From Acidimicrobiaceae bacterium (GTDB lineage: Bacteria; Actinomycetota; Acidimicrobiia; Acidimicrobiales; JACDCH01): a stretch of 41,245 bases of DNA. Position 1 is the stretch's first letter; each line of letters opens with the position of its first letter. Under the pieces are notes generated by a model, which searched no databases, was not told the origin of the DNA, and worked only from the letters and a program-made list of their open reading frames with translations. Location of the stretch: contig JBEEFX010000315.1 in assembly GCA_041166365.1 (NCBI GenBank), positions 1-41,245 of the forward strand. Direction: 5' to 3'. This document shows positions 1 to 9,093 of the stretch, one piece after another. The translations under genes and the position numbers were made by a program.

Positions 1-2145
1 GCGGTGCGGAAGGGCTGGCTCGAAAACGGGCCGGGGCCCGATGGTCGTCGCGGCGCGGACGAGTTCGTCGAGGTCGAGTGGGCGGAAGCGCTCGACCTCG
101 TGGCCGGAGAGCTTCAGCGCGTGCGCGCGACGCACGGCAACGAGTCGATCTACGGCGGTTCGTACGGTTGGGCCAGCGCCGGCCGCTTCCATCACGCGCA
201 GGGCCAGCTCCACCGCTTCCTGAACTGCATCGGCGGCTACACGGCGTCCGTCAACAGCTACTCGCTCGGCGCGTCGGAGGTGATCCTCCCGCACGTGGTC
301 GGGAGCGCCGCCGAGGTGCTGCGCCGGGCGACGACGTGGAAGGCGATCCTCGAGCACACCGAGCTCGTCGTCGCCTTCGGCGGGATGAACGTGAAGAACG
401 CGTGGGTGAGCCCGGGCGGCGTCACGCGCCACACACTGCCGCCGAGCCTCGCCACCGCCGGCCGGCGCGGGTTGCGGTTCGAACTGCTCAGCCCGCTGCG
501 CTCCGACCTGCCGGACGACGTGCACGCCACGTGGCATCCCGTCATTCCTGGCACCGACACCGCCGTGATGCTCGCGCTCGCACATGTGCTCGTCACCGAG
601 GGCCTGCACGACACCGAGTTCCTCGACACGTACACCGTCGGAGCCGACCGCCTCATCGCGTACGTGCTCGGCGAGGAGGACGGTCGACCGAAGACGCCCG
701 AGTGGGCCGAGGCGATCAGCGGCATCGAAGCCTCGACGATCCGTGAGCTCGCGCGGCGCATGACCGAGCACCGCACGCTGGTCACGGTCAGCTGGGGCCT
801 GCAGCGCACCCAGCACGGCGAGCAGCCGGTGTGGATGGGCACGGCTCTGGCCGCGCTGCTCGGCCAGGTCGGGCTGCCCGGCGGCGGGTTCGGTCACGGC
901 TACGGGTCGATGGCCGACGTCGGTGCACCAACGGTGCCGTATCCGCTGCCATTGTTCGAGCAGGGCCGCAACCCGGTCGACACCTACATCCCCGTCGCGC
1001 AGATCAGCCACCTGCTCGAGAACCCGGGCGGCACCCTCGACTACGACGGCCGCACGCTGCGGTTGCCCGACATCCGCCTCGTGTACTGGGCCGGTGGCAA
1101 TCCCTTCCACCATCACCAGGACCTCAACCGGTTGCGGCGAGCGTTCGCGCGACCCGACACCATCGTCGTGCACGAGTCGTACTGGACCGCCACGGCCCGC
1201 CACGCCGACATCGTGCTGCCGGCCACCGCGTCGCTGGAGCGCGACGACGTGGGCTGCGGCCGCAACGACGGCTACATCATCGCCATGCCGCGTGCGCTCG
1301 ATCCGATCGGTGAGTCTCGCGACGACTACGAGGCCTTCGCCGAGTTGGCGAAGCGACTCGGCGCGTGGGACGAGTTCACGGAGGGGCGCACCGCTCGCGA
1401 GTGGGTCGAGCACATCTACGAGCGCTTCCGCTCGCGGGTCGCCGAGCGCGATGTCGTCGTGCCGCCGTTCGACGAGTTCTGGGAGGCCGGCGAGACCCGC
1501 CTCCCGTTCAACTCGGATGACCACAGCCTGTTCGACCGCTTCCGCGACGACCCGAGCGGGCGCAAGATGCCGACGCCGAGCGGTCGCATCGAACTGTTCT
1601 CGTCGACGATCGACGCCTTCGGCTACGACGACTGCCCCGGTCATCCGGTGTGGTTGGAGCCAGCGGAGTGGTTGGGCAGCGAGCGGGCGGCGCGATTCCC
1701 CCTGCACCTGATCGCCAACCAGCCGACGCCGCGCCTCCATGGCCAGCTCGACAATGGGAGCCACAGCCAAGCCTCGAAGGTGGCCGGGCGGGAACCGATT
1801 CGCATCCATCCTGCCGACGCGGCCGCCCGCGGTATCAGCGACGGCGACGTCGTGCGCGTGTTCACCGATCGCGGATCATGTCTGGCCGGCGCGGTCGTCA
1901 CCGAAGAGGTCCGGCCGAGGGTCGTGAACCTGTCGACCGGCGCGTGGTTCGATCCCGTGGATCCAACGAAAGCCGACGCGCTGTGCGCGCACGGCAACCC
2001 GAACGTGCTCACCACCGATCGGGGCACGTCTCGCCTCGCGCAGGGATCCACCGGGCAGCACGTGCTCGTGGAGATAGAGCGCTTCGACGGCGAACCGCCG
2101 CCAGTACGCGCGCACGAGCCACCTCAGTTCGTGACTCGTTCCTAG
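1..2145 (+). CDS. Molybdopterin (bis-MGD) oxidoreductase, biotin-sulfoxide/TMAO/DMSO reductase (BisC/TorZ-like) family; 5' end cut by window edge
   Basis: The frame is open from base 1. Blocks RKGWLENG...DEFVEVEWAEALDLV, GGSYGWASAGRFHHAQ, YWAGGNPFHHHQD, IANQPTPRLHGQLD and HGNPNVLTTDRGTSRLAQG are the pattern I know from cytoplasmic BisC-type molybdoenzymes. By comparison with E. coli BisC, roughly the first 60 residues lie outside the window. Confidence 0.88.
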   Translation, partial: AVRKGWLENGPGPDGRRGADEFVEVEWAEALDLVAGELQRVRATHGNESIYGGSYGWASAGRFHHAQGQLHRFLNCIGGYTASVNSYSLGASEVILPHVVGSAAEVLRRATTWKAILEHTELVVAFGGMNVKNAWVSPGGVTRHTLPPSLATAGRRGLRFELLSPLRSDLPDDVHATWHPVIPGTDTAVMLALAHVLVTEGLHDTEFLDTYTVGADRLIAYVLGEEDGRPKTPEWAEAISGIEASTIRELARRMTEHRTLVTVSWGLQRTQHGEQPVWMGTALAALLGQVGLPGGGFGHGYGSMADVGAPTVPYPLPLFEQGRNPVDTYIPVAQISHLLENPGGTLDYDGRTLRLPDIRLVYWAGGNPFHHHQDLNRLRRAFARPDTIVVHESYWTATARHADIVLPATASLERDDVGCGRNDGYIIAMPRALDPIGESRDDYEAFAELAKRLGAWDEFTEGRTAREWVEHIYERFRSRVAERDVVVPPFDEFWEAGETRLPFNSDDHSLFDRFRDDPSGRKMPTPSGRIELFSSTIDAFGYDDCPGHPVWLEPAEWLGSERAARFPLHLIANQPTPRLHGQLDNGSHSQASKVAGREPIRIHPADAAARGISDGDVVRVFTDRGSCLAGAVVTEEVRPRVVNLSTGAWFDPVDPTKADALCAHGNPNVLTTDRGTSRLAQGSTGQHVLVEIERFDGEPPPVRAHEPPQFVTRS

Positions 2146-3596
2146 GCCTGCGGCAGCCGTTCCGCTCGCAGCTGCGCGCGTCGCACCTTGCCGGCGTCGT
2201 CGCGCAACGCCTCGCTGACGTACTCGATCGTGCGCGGAACCTTGTAGCGCACGAGGCGCTCGCCGAGGAACTCGAGCAACTCGGATTCGCTCACGTCGGC
2301 GGGGTCCGCCTCGACGATGGCGTGCGCACGACTACCGAGGTCGTCGTCGGGCAGCCCGATCACGATGACCGAACGGACGGCGGGGTGCTCCTGGATGGCC
2401 GCTTCGATCTCGGCCGGGTAGATGTTGGCGCCGCCGCTGAGGATCATGTCCTGCATGCGGTCACCGAGATACAGGTAGCCGTCGGCGTCGACCCAACCGA
2501 TGTCGCCGAGCGACTCCCATCCGCCTTCGCGCGAGCGGGCCTCAGCACCGATGTAGTGATATGTCGGCGTGTCGCGACTCGACCGCATCCACACCTCGCC
2601 CTCCTCACCCGCAGGAAGGTCGTTGCCGAACGCATCGAGGATCACGATCTCGCCGTTGATCGGCCGCCCGACGGAGCCGCGGTGCTCGAGCCATTCCGTG
2701 CCGATGATCACCGTGGCGGTCTGCGCTTCCGTGCCGGCGTAGAGCTCGATGATGCGGTCGCCGCCGAGCCAATCGATCCAGGCGGCCTTGAGCCATTCAG
2801 GGCAGGGTTCAGCGAGGTGCCAGACCCAGCGCAACGACGACAAGTCGTAGCGGTACCGCACGTCCTCCGGCAGACGCCAGATGCGCTTCATCATCGTCGG
2901 CACGAGGTAGACGATGTCGGCCTTGTACTGATCGATCGCGGCCAGCGTCGCCTCGGCGTCGAAGCGCGGGAGCACGACGACGTGGTTGCCGAACAACAGC
3001 GCTTGGCACGCCCACACGATCGGCCCGTTGTGATATAGCGGTCCGGGCAGCACGAACGCTCGGTCGTGCTCGAACAGCAGCGGCGACGGCGCGTCGGGAT
3101 CAATGGTCGACGGATCGCCGGACACGATCAGCTTCGGACGGCCCGTCGAGCCACCGGACGTCGGCGCCTTCCACGCCGGTGAGACGGCATCCGCCAGCGG
3201 GCCGTCGTCGATGTCACCGGACGACGTGTACCCCGCGGGCAGGCAGGTGCGATCGCCGAACGCGTCCGAGTCGACACCGAACACGACCTTGGGGTCGGCC
3301 AGCTCCACGATGGCCGCCAACTCGCGCCCCGGCAATCGGGCCGAGACCGGCTGCGGGATCGCGCCGATCTTCCATGCCGCCGCCACGGCCACGAACCACT
3401 CCACGGAGTTCGGCAGCGCCACGGTCAGCATGTCTCCGACCCCGACGCCGCGCGCCGCGAGATCCCGGCCGAGGCGGTTCGCCCGTGCGTCGAAGTCCGC
3501 TCTCGTCACGTGCTCGTCGCCGCACGTCAGCGCGACGCGATCGGGGGCTGCGTGCGCGAGGTCCGTGAGGCGCTGAGCGAACGACACCATGACCAT
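2142..3596 (-). CDS. AMP-dependent synthetase/ligase (acyl-CoA synthetase family)
   Basis: Translation from the ATG at 3596 (MVMVSFAQRL) carries the adenylate-forming motifs TSGGSTGRPK, YAGTE and GDIGWVDADGYLYLGDRMQDMILSGGANIYP. The 147 codons further upstream in the 631-aa ORF are Arg/Pro-rich with no motif. The stop overlaps the convergent gene at CTAG 2142-2145. Confidence 0.85.
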   Translation of the reverse strand: MVMVSFAQRLTDLAHAAPDRVALTCGDEHVTRADFDARANRLGRDLAARGVGVGDMLTVALPNSVEWFVAVAAAWKIGAIPQPVSARLPGRELAAIVELADPKVVFGVDSDAFGDRTCLPAGYTSSGDIDDGPLADAVSPAWKAPTSGGSTGRPKLIVSGDPSTIDPDAPSPLLFEHDRAFVLPGPLYHNGPIVWACQALLFGNHVVVLPRFDAEATLAAIDQYKADIVYLVPTMMKRIWRLPEDVRYRYDLSSLRWVWHLAEPCPEWLKAAWIDWLGGDRIIELYAGTEAQTATVIIGTEWLEHRGSVGRPINGEIVILDAFGNDLPAGEEGEVWMRSSRDTPTYHYIGAEARSREGGWESLGDIGWVDADGYLYLGDRMQDMILSGGANIYPAEIEAAIQEHPAVRSVIVIGLPDDDLGSRAHAIVEADPADVSESELLEFLGERLVRYKVPRTIEYVSEALRDDAGKVRRAQLRAERLPQA

Positions 3597-3664
3597 CGCG
3601 CAGTGAGCGTAGGTCGCTCGGCCAGAATTGGCCGGACCGTGCGGACGAGTCTCGGTGGTGAACC

Positions 3665-3943
3665 ATGAAAGCGTGGACGGGTGAGCTGACGGTGTTCGGC
3701 GTAGCGCTCGAAGGGTCGTCGGTGCGAGTGGATCTCGTGGGCGGCGACCAGACGGTGTGTGGCTCGCTCCTCTACGAATTCGAGGACGAGTTGGAGTGCG
3801 AACGCAACTACGCCGTGCTCGGCCAATGGCGCGACGCCGGGACACCGGTGCTGGCGTTCGCCGAGGACGATGTCGTGACGCTGGTCGATCCGCAAGCCAC
3901 GGTCGAGAACCTCTTGGCCGAGCTCTCGACGAACTGGCCGTAG
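3665..3943 (+). CDS. Small acidic hypothetical protein (92 aa)
   Basis: ATG start, G/C-dominated third codon positions, and a non-Arg/Pro-biased acidic composition unlike the shadow ORFs around it. I recognise no motif. Confidence 0.5.
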   Translation: MKAWTGELTVFGVALEGSSVRVDLVGGDQTVCGSLLYEFEDELECERNYAVLGQWRDAGTPVLAFAEDDVVTLVDPQATVENLLAELSTNWP

Positions 3944-4062
3944 CACGCGCCGCGCTGCACCGCCGCGTTACACCGCCGGAGGCTGGCCCCCTCCCAACGC
4001 GCGTGGACACCGTCGTCGCGGTGCGGGACCGAGGCACTACAGAGGTAGCCCCTTGGCACTAT

Positions 4063-4074
4063 TTTCGGCCGAAA
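4063..4074. promoter_or_regulatory. 12-bp perfect palindrome TTTCGGCCGAAA upstream of the secreted hydrolase-like gene
   Basis: Read directly at 4063-4074. It is 30 nt upstream of ATG 4105, in an otherwise non-coding, less GC-rich stretch. Confidence 0.25.
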
Positions 4075-4104
4075 GCGTGGCGTTTCCCCGACACTTCCGT
4101 CACA

Positions 4105-5790
4105 ATGGTCGATGAAGGCGGAGTCCCGACAATAGGGATTGGGGCTCGAGCGATGAGGGGTTGGGGTGCTTTGCGCGGGCTATTGATCGTCGTCACGACT
4201 CTCGTGACGGCTTGCTGTCTCTCTGTGGTAAAGGCGTCACCGGCAGGAGCGACGCCGTCGACCGGGTTCTCGGTGGATTTCACGACGGCCAACGGGCCGC
4301 TGGCATCAGGATTCGCCCGGGACAGTGGGAGCTCCTATTCGAGCTCGCGCGGCTACGGATGGCAGACCATCTCCGGCGCCGGAGCCGACATGACCCAGGA
4401 GACGCGCGCCCGCACCGTCGACACGTGGTCGCGCTGGCAAGGGCTGATCGTCACTCGTGACCTGGCGACGAACGCTGAATCGGTGTGGCAACGCGACGTC
4501 GCCAACGGGCTCTGGACGGTGACCGTGGGAGTGGGTGACTCCGAGTACGTCGACAGCAGCTTCCACACGGTGCGTCTCGAGGGGAAGACCGTGATGGATC
4601 GGTGGCCGTCCACACAGGCCAAGTGGCAGAACCAAGTCACCGCGCAGGTCACCGTGACCGATGGCAAGCTGACCGTCGACGCCATCGGCGGACAGACCAC
4701 CAAGTTCTCGTGGATCACGGCCGCGCTGTCGACGAACGCTCCGGTCGCGACGTCCCCGGCGCTGATCGGCTGGCACTACAAGCCCCCGACCGACGGCTCG
4801 ACCGCGGCGGCCCTCGCGGCGCGCTACGGCCGCTTCACGTTGTCTGGAACTGACGAACCGTTCCGCGATGCGGTGGTGCTTGCCGGCGGGCCGCAGCCCC
4901 TGCTCTACATGCAAACGCTCGCGATTCAAGATCCCGGCTCCACAACCGCGCAGCCGTGGCGCAACCAAACGGCAAACCAGCCCGGCGACTTTGCCGCGAT
5001 CTCGCGCGACCATCCGGACTGGTTCCAGCTCGATTCCGCCGGCAACCGACTGCACATGGACCGCGCGACGGACAACTTCTTCATGATGGACCCCGGCAAC
5101 AGCGGCTGGCGGGCCTTCGCCTTGTCGCGACTCAAGGACTACTACGTCACCAACGGCTGGAAGGGTGGCGTGATGCTCGACAACATCGAGCTCAACCTCA
5201 ACAAGCGCGATCGCGTCGGAAACATCCCGGCGAAGTACACGACGACCACCGCCTACACCGCGGCCATCGAGGGCATGCTGGCGTACTTCTACAACAACTG
5301 GGCCAAGGGCGCGAGCATTCCGCTCACGGCGAGCATGATCGAGTGGAACTACGACGACGCCGATCTCGCCACTCGCGCTCGCTACAGCCAGTACCTCTCG
5401 GGCATGCAGCACGAGTGCTTCGGAACGACATGGTCGTCCGGCTCGTGGTTGCTGCCCGATCGCTGGCTGATGGACCTGCGCCGTGTCGAGGAGGCCACCG
5501 CCCGAGGTGACTCCGTGATCTTGTTCAGCCAAGGTGACCGCACGGACACCACCCGGCAGCAGTTCGCGTACGCGTCGTACCTGCTCGCGTGGGCGCCTGG
5601 CGTGTCTTTCCGCTATCACAAGACCTCGACGCACTACACCGAGGACTGGTGGTACTCCGACTACGACCTGAAGCTCGGCACGCCCACCGGGGCGCGCTAT
5701 CAGTCGGGCAGCGCGTGGAAGCGCAGCTTCACGCACGGCACCGTGACGGTCGACCCCGTCGCCCACACCTCCACCATCACCGTCACCTGA
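4105..5790 (+). CDS. Secreted protein: N-terminal carbohydrate-binding-like beta-sandwich module plus C-terminal glycoside-hydrolase-like (TIM-barrel, GH114/PelA-hydrolase/GHL-like) domain
   Basis: Signal peptide MRGWGALRGLLIVVTTLVTACCLSVVKASPAGA follows the ATG at 4153; the ATG at 4105 is given as the outer bound. The N-terminal module (RGYGW, VTVGVGDSEYVD, VTVTDGKLTVDAIGGQTTKFSWI) is paralogous to the N-terminus of the protein at 21128-23710. The C-terminal part shows HPDWF, GWKGGVMLDNIE and FAYASYLLAW, reminiscent of exopolysaccharide-hydrolase TIM barrels. The family assignment is tentative. Confidence 0.75.
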   Translation: MVDEGGVPTIGIGARAMRGWGALRGLLIVVTTLVTACCLSVVKASPAGATPSTGFSVDFTTANGPLASGFARDSGSSYSSSRGYGWQTISGAGADMTQETRARTVDTWSRWQGLIVTRDLATNAESVWQRDVANGLWTVTVGVGDSEYVDSSFHTVRLEGKTVMDRWPSTQAKWQNQVTAQVTVTDGKLTVDAIGGQTTKFSWITAALSTNAPVATSPALIGWHYKPPTDGSTAAALAARYGRFTLSGTDEPFRDAVVLAGGPQPLLYMQTLAIQDPGSTTAQPWRNQTANQPGDFAAISRDHPDWFQLDSAGNRLHMDRATDNFFMMDPGNSGWRAFALSRLKDYYVTNGWKGGVMLDNIELNLNKRDRVGNIPAKYTTTTAYTAAIEGMLAYFYNNWAKGASIPLTASMIEWNYDDADLATRARYSQYLSGMQHECFGTTWSSGSWLLPDRWLMDLRRVEEATARGDSVILFSQGDRTDTTRQQFAYASYLLAWAPGVSFRYHKTSTHYTEDWWYSDYDLKLGTPTGARYQSGSAWKRSFTHGTVTVDPVAHTSTITVT

Positions 5791-5828
5791 AACGCGCGTC
5801 CTTCGGGCGGTTCGTCCGCGGGTGATGG

Positions 5829-6761
5829 CTACTCGGAGAGATCGAGCGCACCGACCGTGGTGGGCCGGCCGGTCACGACGTCGACCAGCGGCATCGAGGC
5901 CATGACCTCCTGGCGACGCTCGAACGGCAGGAACGTACGGACACCTTCCGGCGAGAACGACTCACGAAACCTCGACGGGGCATAGCTCTCCTCCACACTC
6001 GCGGGGGGAACGCCGCCGAGCACGTCATCGCGCACGAAGAACACGTTGTTCCCGGCGGAGTTCCCACCGACGAGGGTGTAGCCCTTCTCGCGGCCGAGGT
6101 GCTCGAGGGCGGCGATGGAGGCGCCGTAGTACAGCCGCGAGTAGTGCGCATCGACTCGAGTGAATGACGGGTCGTACGGGATGCTCACCGCATCACGCCA
6201 ACCGAACGTCGAGTTGTACTCGGCGACGACGATGCGGGGACTGATGCAGTCGATCGCCTGCCACACCCAGTAGTCGTTGCCGTCGATGTCGACCGACAGC
6301 AGGCCGATGTCACCTTTGATGCCGTTGCCGGAGATGAGGTCGTTGATGTTGTCGCGATCGATGAACGCGCACACGGCATCGAGGCCGTAGTACAGGTAGG
6401 GGCGGTCGGCCTGGATGTACGCGATGCCCTCGGCATTGCCATCCATCACCAAACCCCGCCAATTGTCGTTGTGCAACAGGTACCGCGTGTTGCACTCCGT
6501 GTAGCGCGTCACGCCGAACTCCACGAACACCGGATTGGGGATCTCGACGTTGCGGACGAGGTACTGGATGATCCCGTCCTCGCCCCACTGCGAATGGACC
6601 TTGAACTCGTGGTCGCGGAGGCGGCGGGGTGCAGTCGGAAATCGCATCTGCTGTTCGAGATGCCCCACCTGACGTTGGAGCATCTCCACGTTCTGGGCCA
6701 TCGAGCGGACGGCCTTCACCAGGTCCGACAGCGACCGCGCGTAGCGAATCGGCGACTTCAT
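5829..6761 (-). CDS. FkbM-family-like SAM-dependent methyltransferase (last gene of the glycan operon)
   Basis: HSQWGEDGIIQYL followed by VFVEFGVTRYTECNTRYLLHNDNWRGLVMDGN matches the N-terminal pattern I associate with FkbM/Methyltransf_21 proteins of polysaccharide loci. There is an N-terminal coiled-coil-like stretch. The ATG overlaps the upstream stop (ATGA at 6758-6761). Confidence 0.65.
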   Translation of the reverse strand: MKSPIRYARSLSDLVKAVRSMAQNVEMLQRQVGHLEQQMRFPTAPRRLRDHEFKVHSQWGEDGIIQYLVRNVEIPNPVFVEFGVTRYTECNTRYLLHNDNWRGLVMDGNAEGIAYIQADRPYLYYGLDAVCAFIDRDNINDLISGNGIKGDIGLLSVDIDGNDYWVWQAIDCISPRIVVAEYNSTFGWRDAVSIPYDPSFTRVDAHYSRLYYGASIAALEHLGREKGYTLVGGNSAGNNVFFVRDDVLGGVPPASVEESYAPSRFRESFSPEGVRTFLPFERRQEVMASMPLVDVVTGRPTTVGALDLSE

Positions 6762-7921
6762 CTCACCAGCCCTCTGAGCGCTTGGCCTCGGTCATCCGAA
6801 TCCTGGATTCGCGAGTCGTCGATCGCCGCCAGCACGTTGTCCCGGAGTCGCGAGCCCACCACATCCCAGTCGTAGCGCTCCTTCGCGAGCTGTCTGCTCC
6901 TCGCGCCGTACGCCGCCTGCAACTCGCGGGCGCCGACCAGGTCGCGGAGCGCCGATGCCAACGCGGCCGTGTCCCCAGGAGGGACGAGCCTCCCGTTGAT
7001 TCCGTCCTCCACCATGTCGGGCACCGCACCGATGTCGGAGGCCACGATCGGCAGCCCGGCGTCGAGTGCTTCGACGAGCACCACTCCGAATGGCTCGACA
7101 TGGGTCGGAAGGCAGAACACGCCAGCGCGTGCGAGGTGCTCGCCGACTTCCGAGGGAGGGATGCGCCCGACGACCGTCACGCCGTCCGGTACAGGCTGTG
7201 GATCGCACCCCACCACGGTGAGCGTCGCCGTCGGATGGGCGGCGCGGACCGCTTCCCAGGCTGCGAGAAGGTCGGGGCCACCTTTTCGCTTCCAGTCCCC
7301 GCCGATGAACAGCACCTCGTTCGGATCGCGACCGACGGAAGGACCCGTACGCACCGGCACGTTCGCACCCATGTACACGCAGCGGACCTTGTCTTCCGGG
7401 ACCCCATAGCGCTCCACGAGCGAGCGCGTGACGTTGGTGCTGCGAGTGAGGACGACCGCCGCGTGATCGAACACCTGACGCTCGGCTTCGATCCAGCCGC
7501 GCGAGTAGAGGTGGCGCGGATCGAACGACGGATACGAGAGGTTCGTGAGGTGCGTGTGATCGGTGTACACGACGTGTGGCACGCCCGGGATCGAGCCGTC
7601 GAACAGCGACTGCATCTGGAACGTCGCAGTCCATTCCTGGCCCGCGAGCGTCTCCAACACCGTCTCGCGCAGCAGATCGAACGCGGTTCTCGTGCGGAAC
7701 ACGGCCTTCTTCGGATCGTGATGGCCGCGGAGTACTTGCGGCGCGTAGCGGAGCCCCGCGACAGCGATGCGCGCCAGGCGAAGCACGTGCTTCCGGAAGG
7801 CCAGCTTCACGTCGAACGCGACGATGTCGTACTCGGGCAGTTGCTCGACCAAGACGTCGTGGACGGTCCGGTTGGCGAGCGGCCGCACGCCGAACCGCAG
7901 GTAGGCGATGCGCGGCTTCAT
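6758..7921 (-). CDS. Glycosyltransferase family 4 (GT-B)
   Basis: Start set at MKPRIAYL (ATG 7921, ATGA overlap with the upstream stop). The C-terminal domain has VLFIGGDWKRKGG, FCLPTHVEPFGVVLVEALDAGLPIVASDIGAVPDMVEDGINGRLV, the E-x7-E type GT4 signature. The N-terminal 180 codons of the long ORF are Arg-rich shadow. Confidence 0.85.
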   Translation of the reverse strand: MKPRIAYLRFGVRPLANRTVHDVLVEQLPEYDIVAFDVKLAFRKHVLRLARIAVAGLRYAPQVLRGHHDPKKAVFRTRTAFDLLRETVLETLAGQEWTATFQMQSLFDGSIPGVPHVVYTDHTHLTNLSYPSFDPRHLYSRGWIEAERQVFDHAAVVLTRSTNVTRSLVERYGVPEDKVRCVYMGANVPVRTGPSVGRDPNEVLFIGGDWKRKGGPDLLAAWEAVRAAHPTATLTVVGCDPQPVPDGVTVVGRIPPSEVGEHLARAGVFCLPTHVEPFGVVLVEALDAGLPIVASDIGAVPDMVEDGINGRLVPPGDTAALASALRDLVGARELQAAYGARSRQLAKERYDWDVVGSRLRDNVLAAIDDSRIQDSDDRGQALRGLVR

Positions 7922-9093
7922 GGCGCGCCTGGCGTGCTGCGCTGTGGTGTCCAGACATCGCGCCGGTTGCCCCGCGCCAATTCCGCCATCGCCCGTAGGA
8001 CGGCCACATTGACGAGGTCGAAGTACGTTGCCATCGCCGCCACCCGGAGGACCGCACCCTTGCGCCGGCCGCGGCGATGCGCGAACCATCCGAGCGCCGC
8101 CAAACCGTGGACTCCGACCTGAGCGGCTGTGGCCGCGCGGTACATGCGACCTCTCCGCCACAGGAACGGCGACACGATGGCCAGCAACACGATCGGGATC
8201 GCGACCAGCCGTCGCACGATCTTGTGAGACGCGAGTTGGATGGCGTACCAGCCGTGCGTCAGAGGATTCAGGGCGCGCCGGTGCTCCCACACGCTGCGCA
8301 GACCGCGCGCGATGTATCGCGCCTTGCGCCGGGCCTCTTCGCGTACGTCCTGTTCGACCGGACCGGTGGCCGTCGCCGCCGGCTCGAACACCAGTCGGTG
8401 ATGCGCTTCGGCGACGCCAACCGACGTGAAGCTGTCGTCGGCCACACCTGACGGCACCGGACTCCACAGCGTCCGCCGTACCGCGTGGAGCTGCCCGGTG
8501 GCGGACGTGACCGAGCCTGCCCGCGTCTGCAACTGCTTGGTGAAACGGTCGATGCTCCAGTACGTCCGCTCACCCTCCCCTTGAGCGCCGTCGGCCACGT
8601 ACTGGAAGTCGCCGGCGACACCGCCCACCTCCGAATCGGCGAACGGAGCGACCAGCGCGCGGAGCGAATCGACACCCACCTTCGTGTCGGCATCGCTGAA
8701 CACGAGCACCTCACCCGTGGCGCAGGCGACAGCGTCATTGAGGGTCGGGTTCTTCCCTCGGCGGGGCAGGTCGAGCACGATGGGCTTGGTCGGGTGCGTC
8801 GACGCGATCGCCACCGTGGCGTCGTCCGAGCCGTCTGACGCGACGATCACCTCGAGGGAGTCCGGCGGATAATCGATGGCGGCGACATTCGTCAGCTTGT
8901 CCGCGATCACGGCGGCCTCGTTGTGCGCCGCGATGATCAACGAGACCGTCGGGGTGATGGGAGCCCGTCGCACAGGACGTGGGGCCGCCACGGCCCGCAC
9001 CCCCAACAGGAGAGGGAATCCGAAGTAGGCGTAGGCAACGGAACCCGCCGACCCCCAGAACACTGCCGTGCGGAGCCGCATCGACGAGTTCAC
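7918..9093 (-). CDS. Glycosyltransferase family 2 (GT-A) with C-terminal membrane helices
   Basis: VSLIIAAHNEAAVIADKLTNVAAIDYPPDSLEVIVASDGSDDAT and VLVFSDADT (DxD) are visible, plus hydrophobic N- and C-terminal segments. GTG start at 9093 (GTGA overlap with the upstream stop); an alternative ATG lies at 9081. Confidence 0.85.
   Translation of the reverse strand: MNSSMRLRTAVFWGSAGSVAYAYFGFPLLLGVRAVAAPRPVRRAPITPTVSLIIAAHNEAAVIADKLTNVAAIDYPPDSLEVIVASDGSDDATVAIASTHPTKPIVLDLPRRGKNPTLNDAVACATGEVLVFSDADTKVGVDSLRALVAPFADSEVGGVAGDFQYVADGAQGEGERTYWSIDRFTKQLQTRAGSVTSATGQLHAVRRTLWSPVPSGVADDSFTSVGVAEAHHRLVFEPAATATGPVEQDVREEARRKARYIARGLRSVWEHRRALNPLTHGWYAIQLASHKIVRRLVAIPIVLLAIVSPFLWRRGRMYRAATAAQVGVHGLAALGWFAHRRGRRKGAVLRVAAMATYFDLVNVAVLRAMAELARGNRRDVWTPQRSTPGAP

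Noticed and set aside
3597-4037. 147-codon N-terminal extension of the acyl-CoA synthetase ORF. Analogous long 5' extensions occur on ORFs 3757-5790, 6758-8467, 9090-11180, 17229-18827, 19330-20664, 24333-25172, 26910-28097, 31604-32467 and 36787-38199.
   Set aside because: The extensions are Arg/Pro/Ala-rich, overlap neighbouring real genes or intergenic DNA, and precede internal starts where the family-typical N-termini begin, often in ATGA/GTGA coupling with the upstream stop.
4055-4070. TGGCAC followed 5 nt later by TCGG, superficially like a sigma-54 -24/-12 promoter (TGGCAC-N5-TTGC).
   Set aside because: The -12 element does not match (TCGG rather than TTGC), and Actinobacteria generally lack sigma-54.
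5791-5828. Expected bidirectional terminator between the convergent hydrolase-like gene and the last operon gene.
   Set aside because: I could find only short (4-bp) or mismatched stems (for example GCGG-TTCGT-CCGC) and no U-tract, which is not enough to call a terminator.
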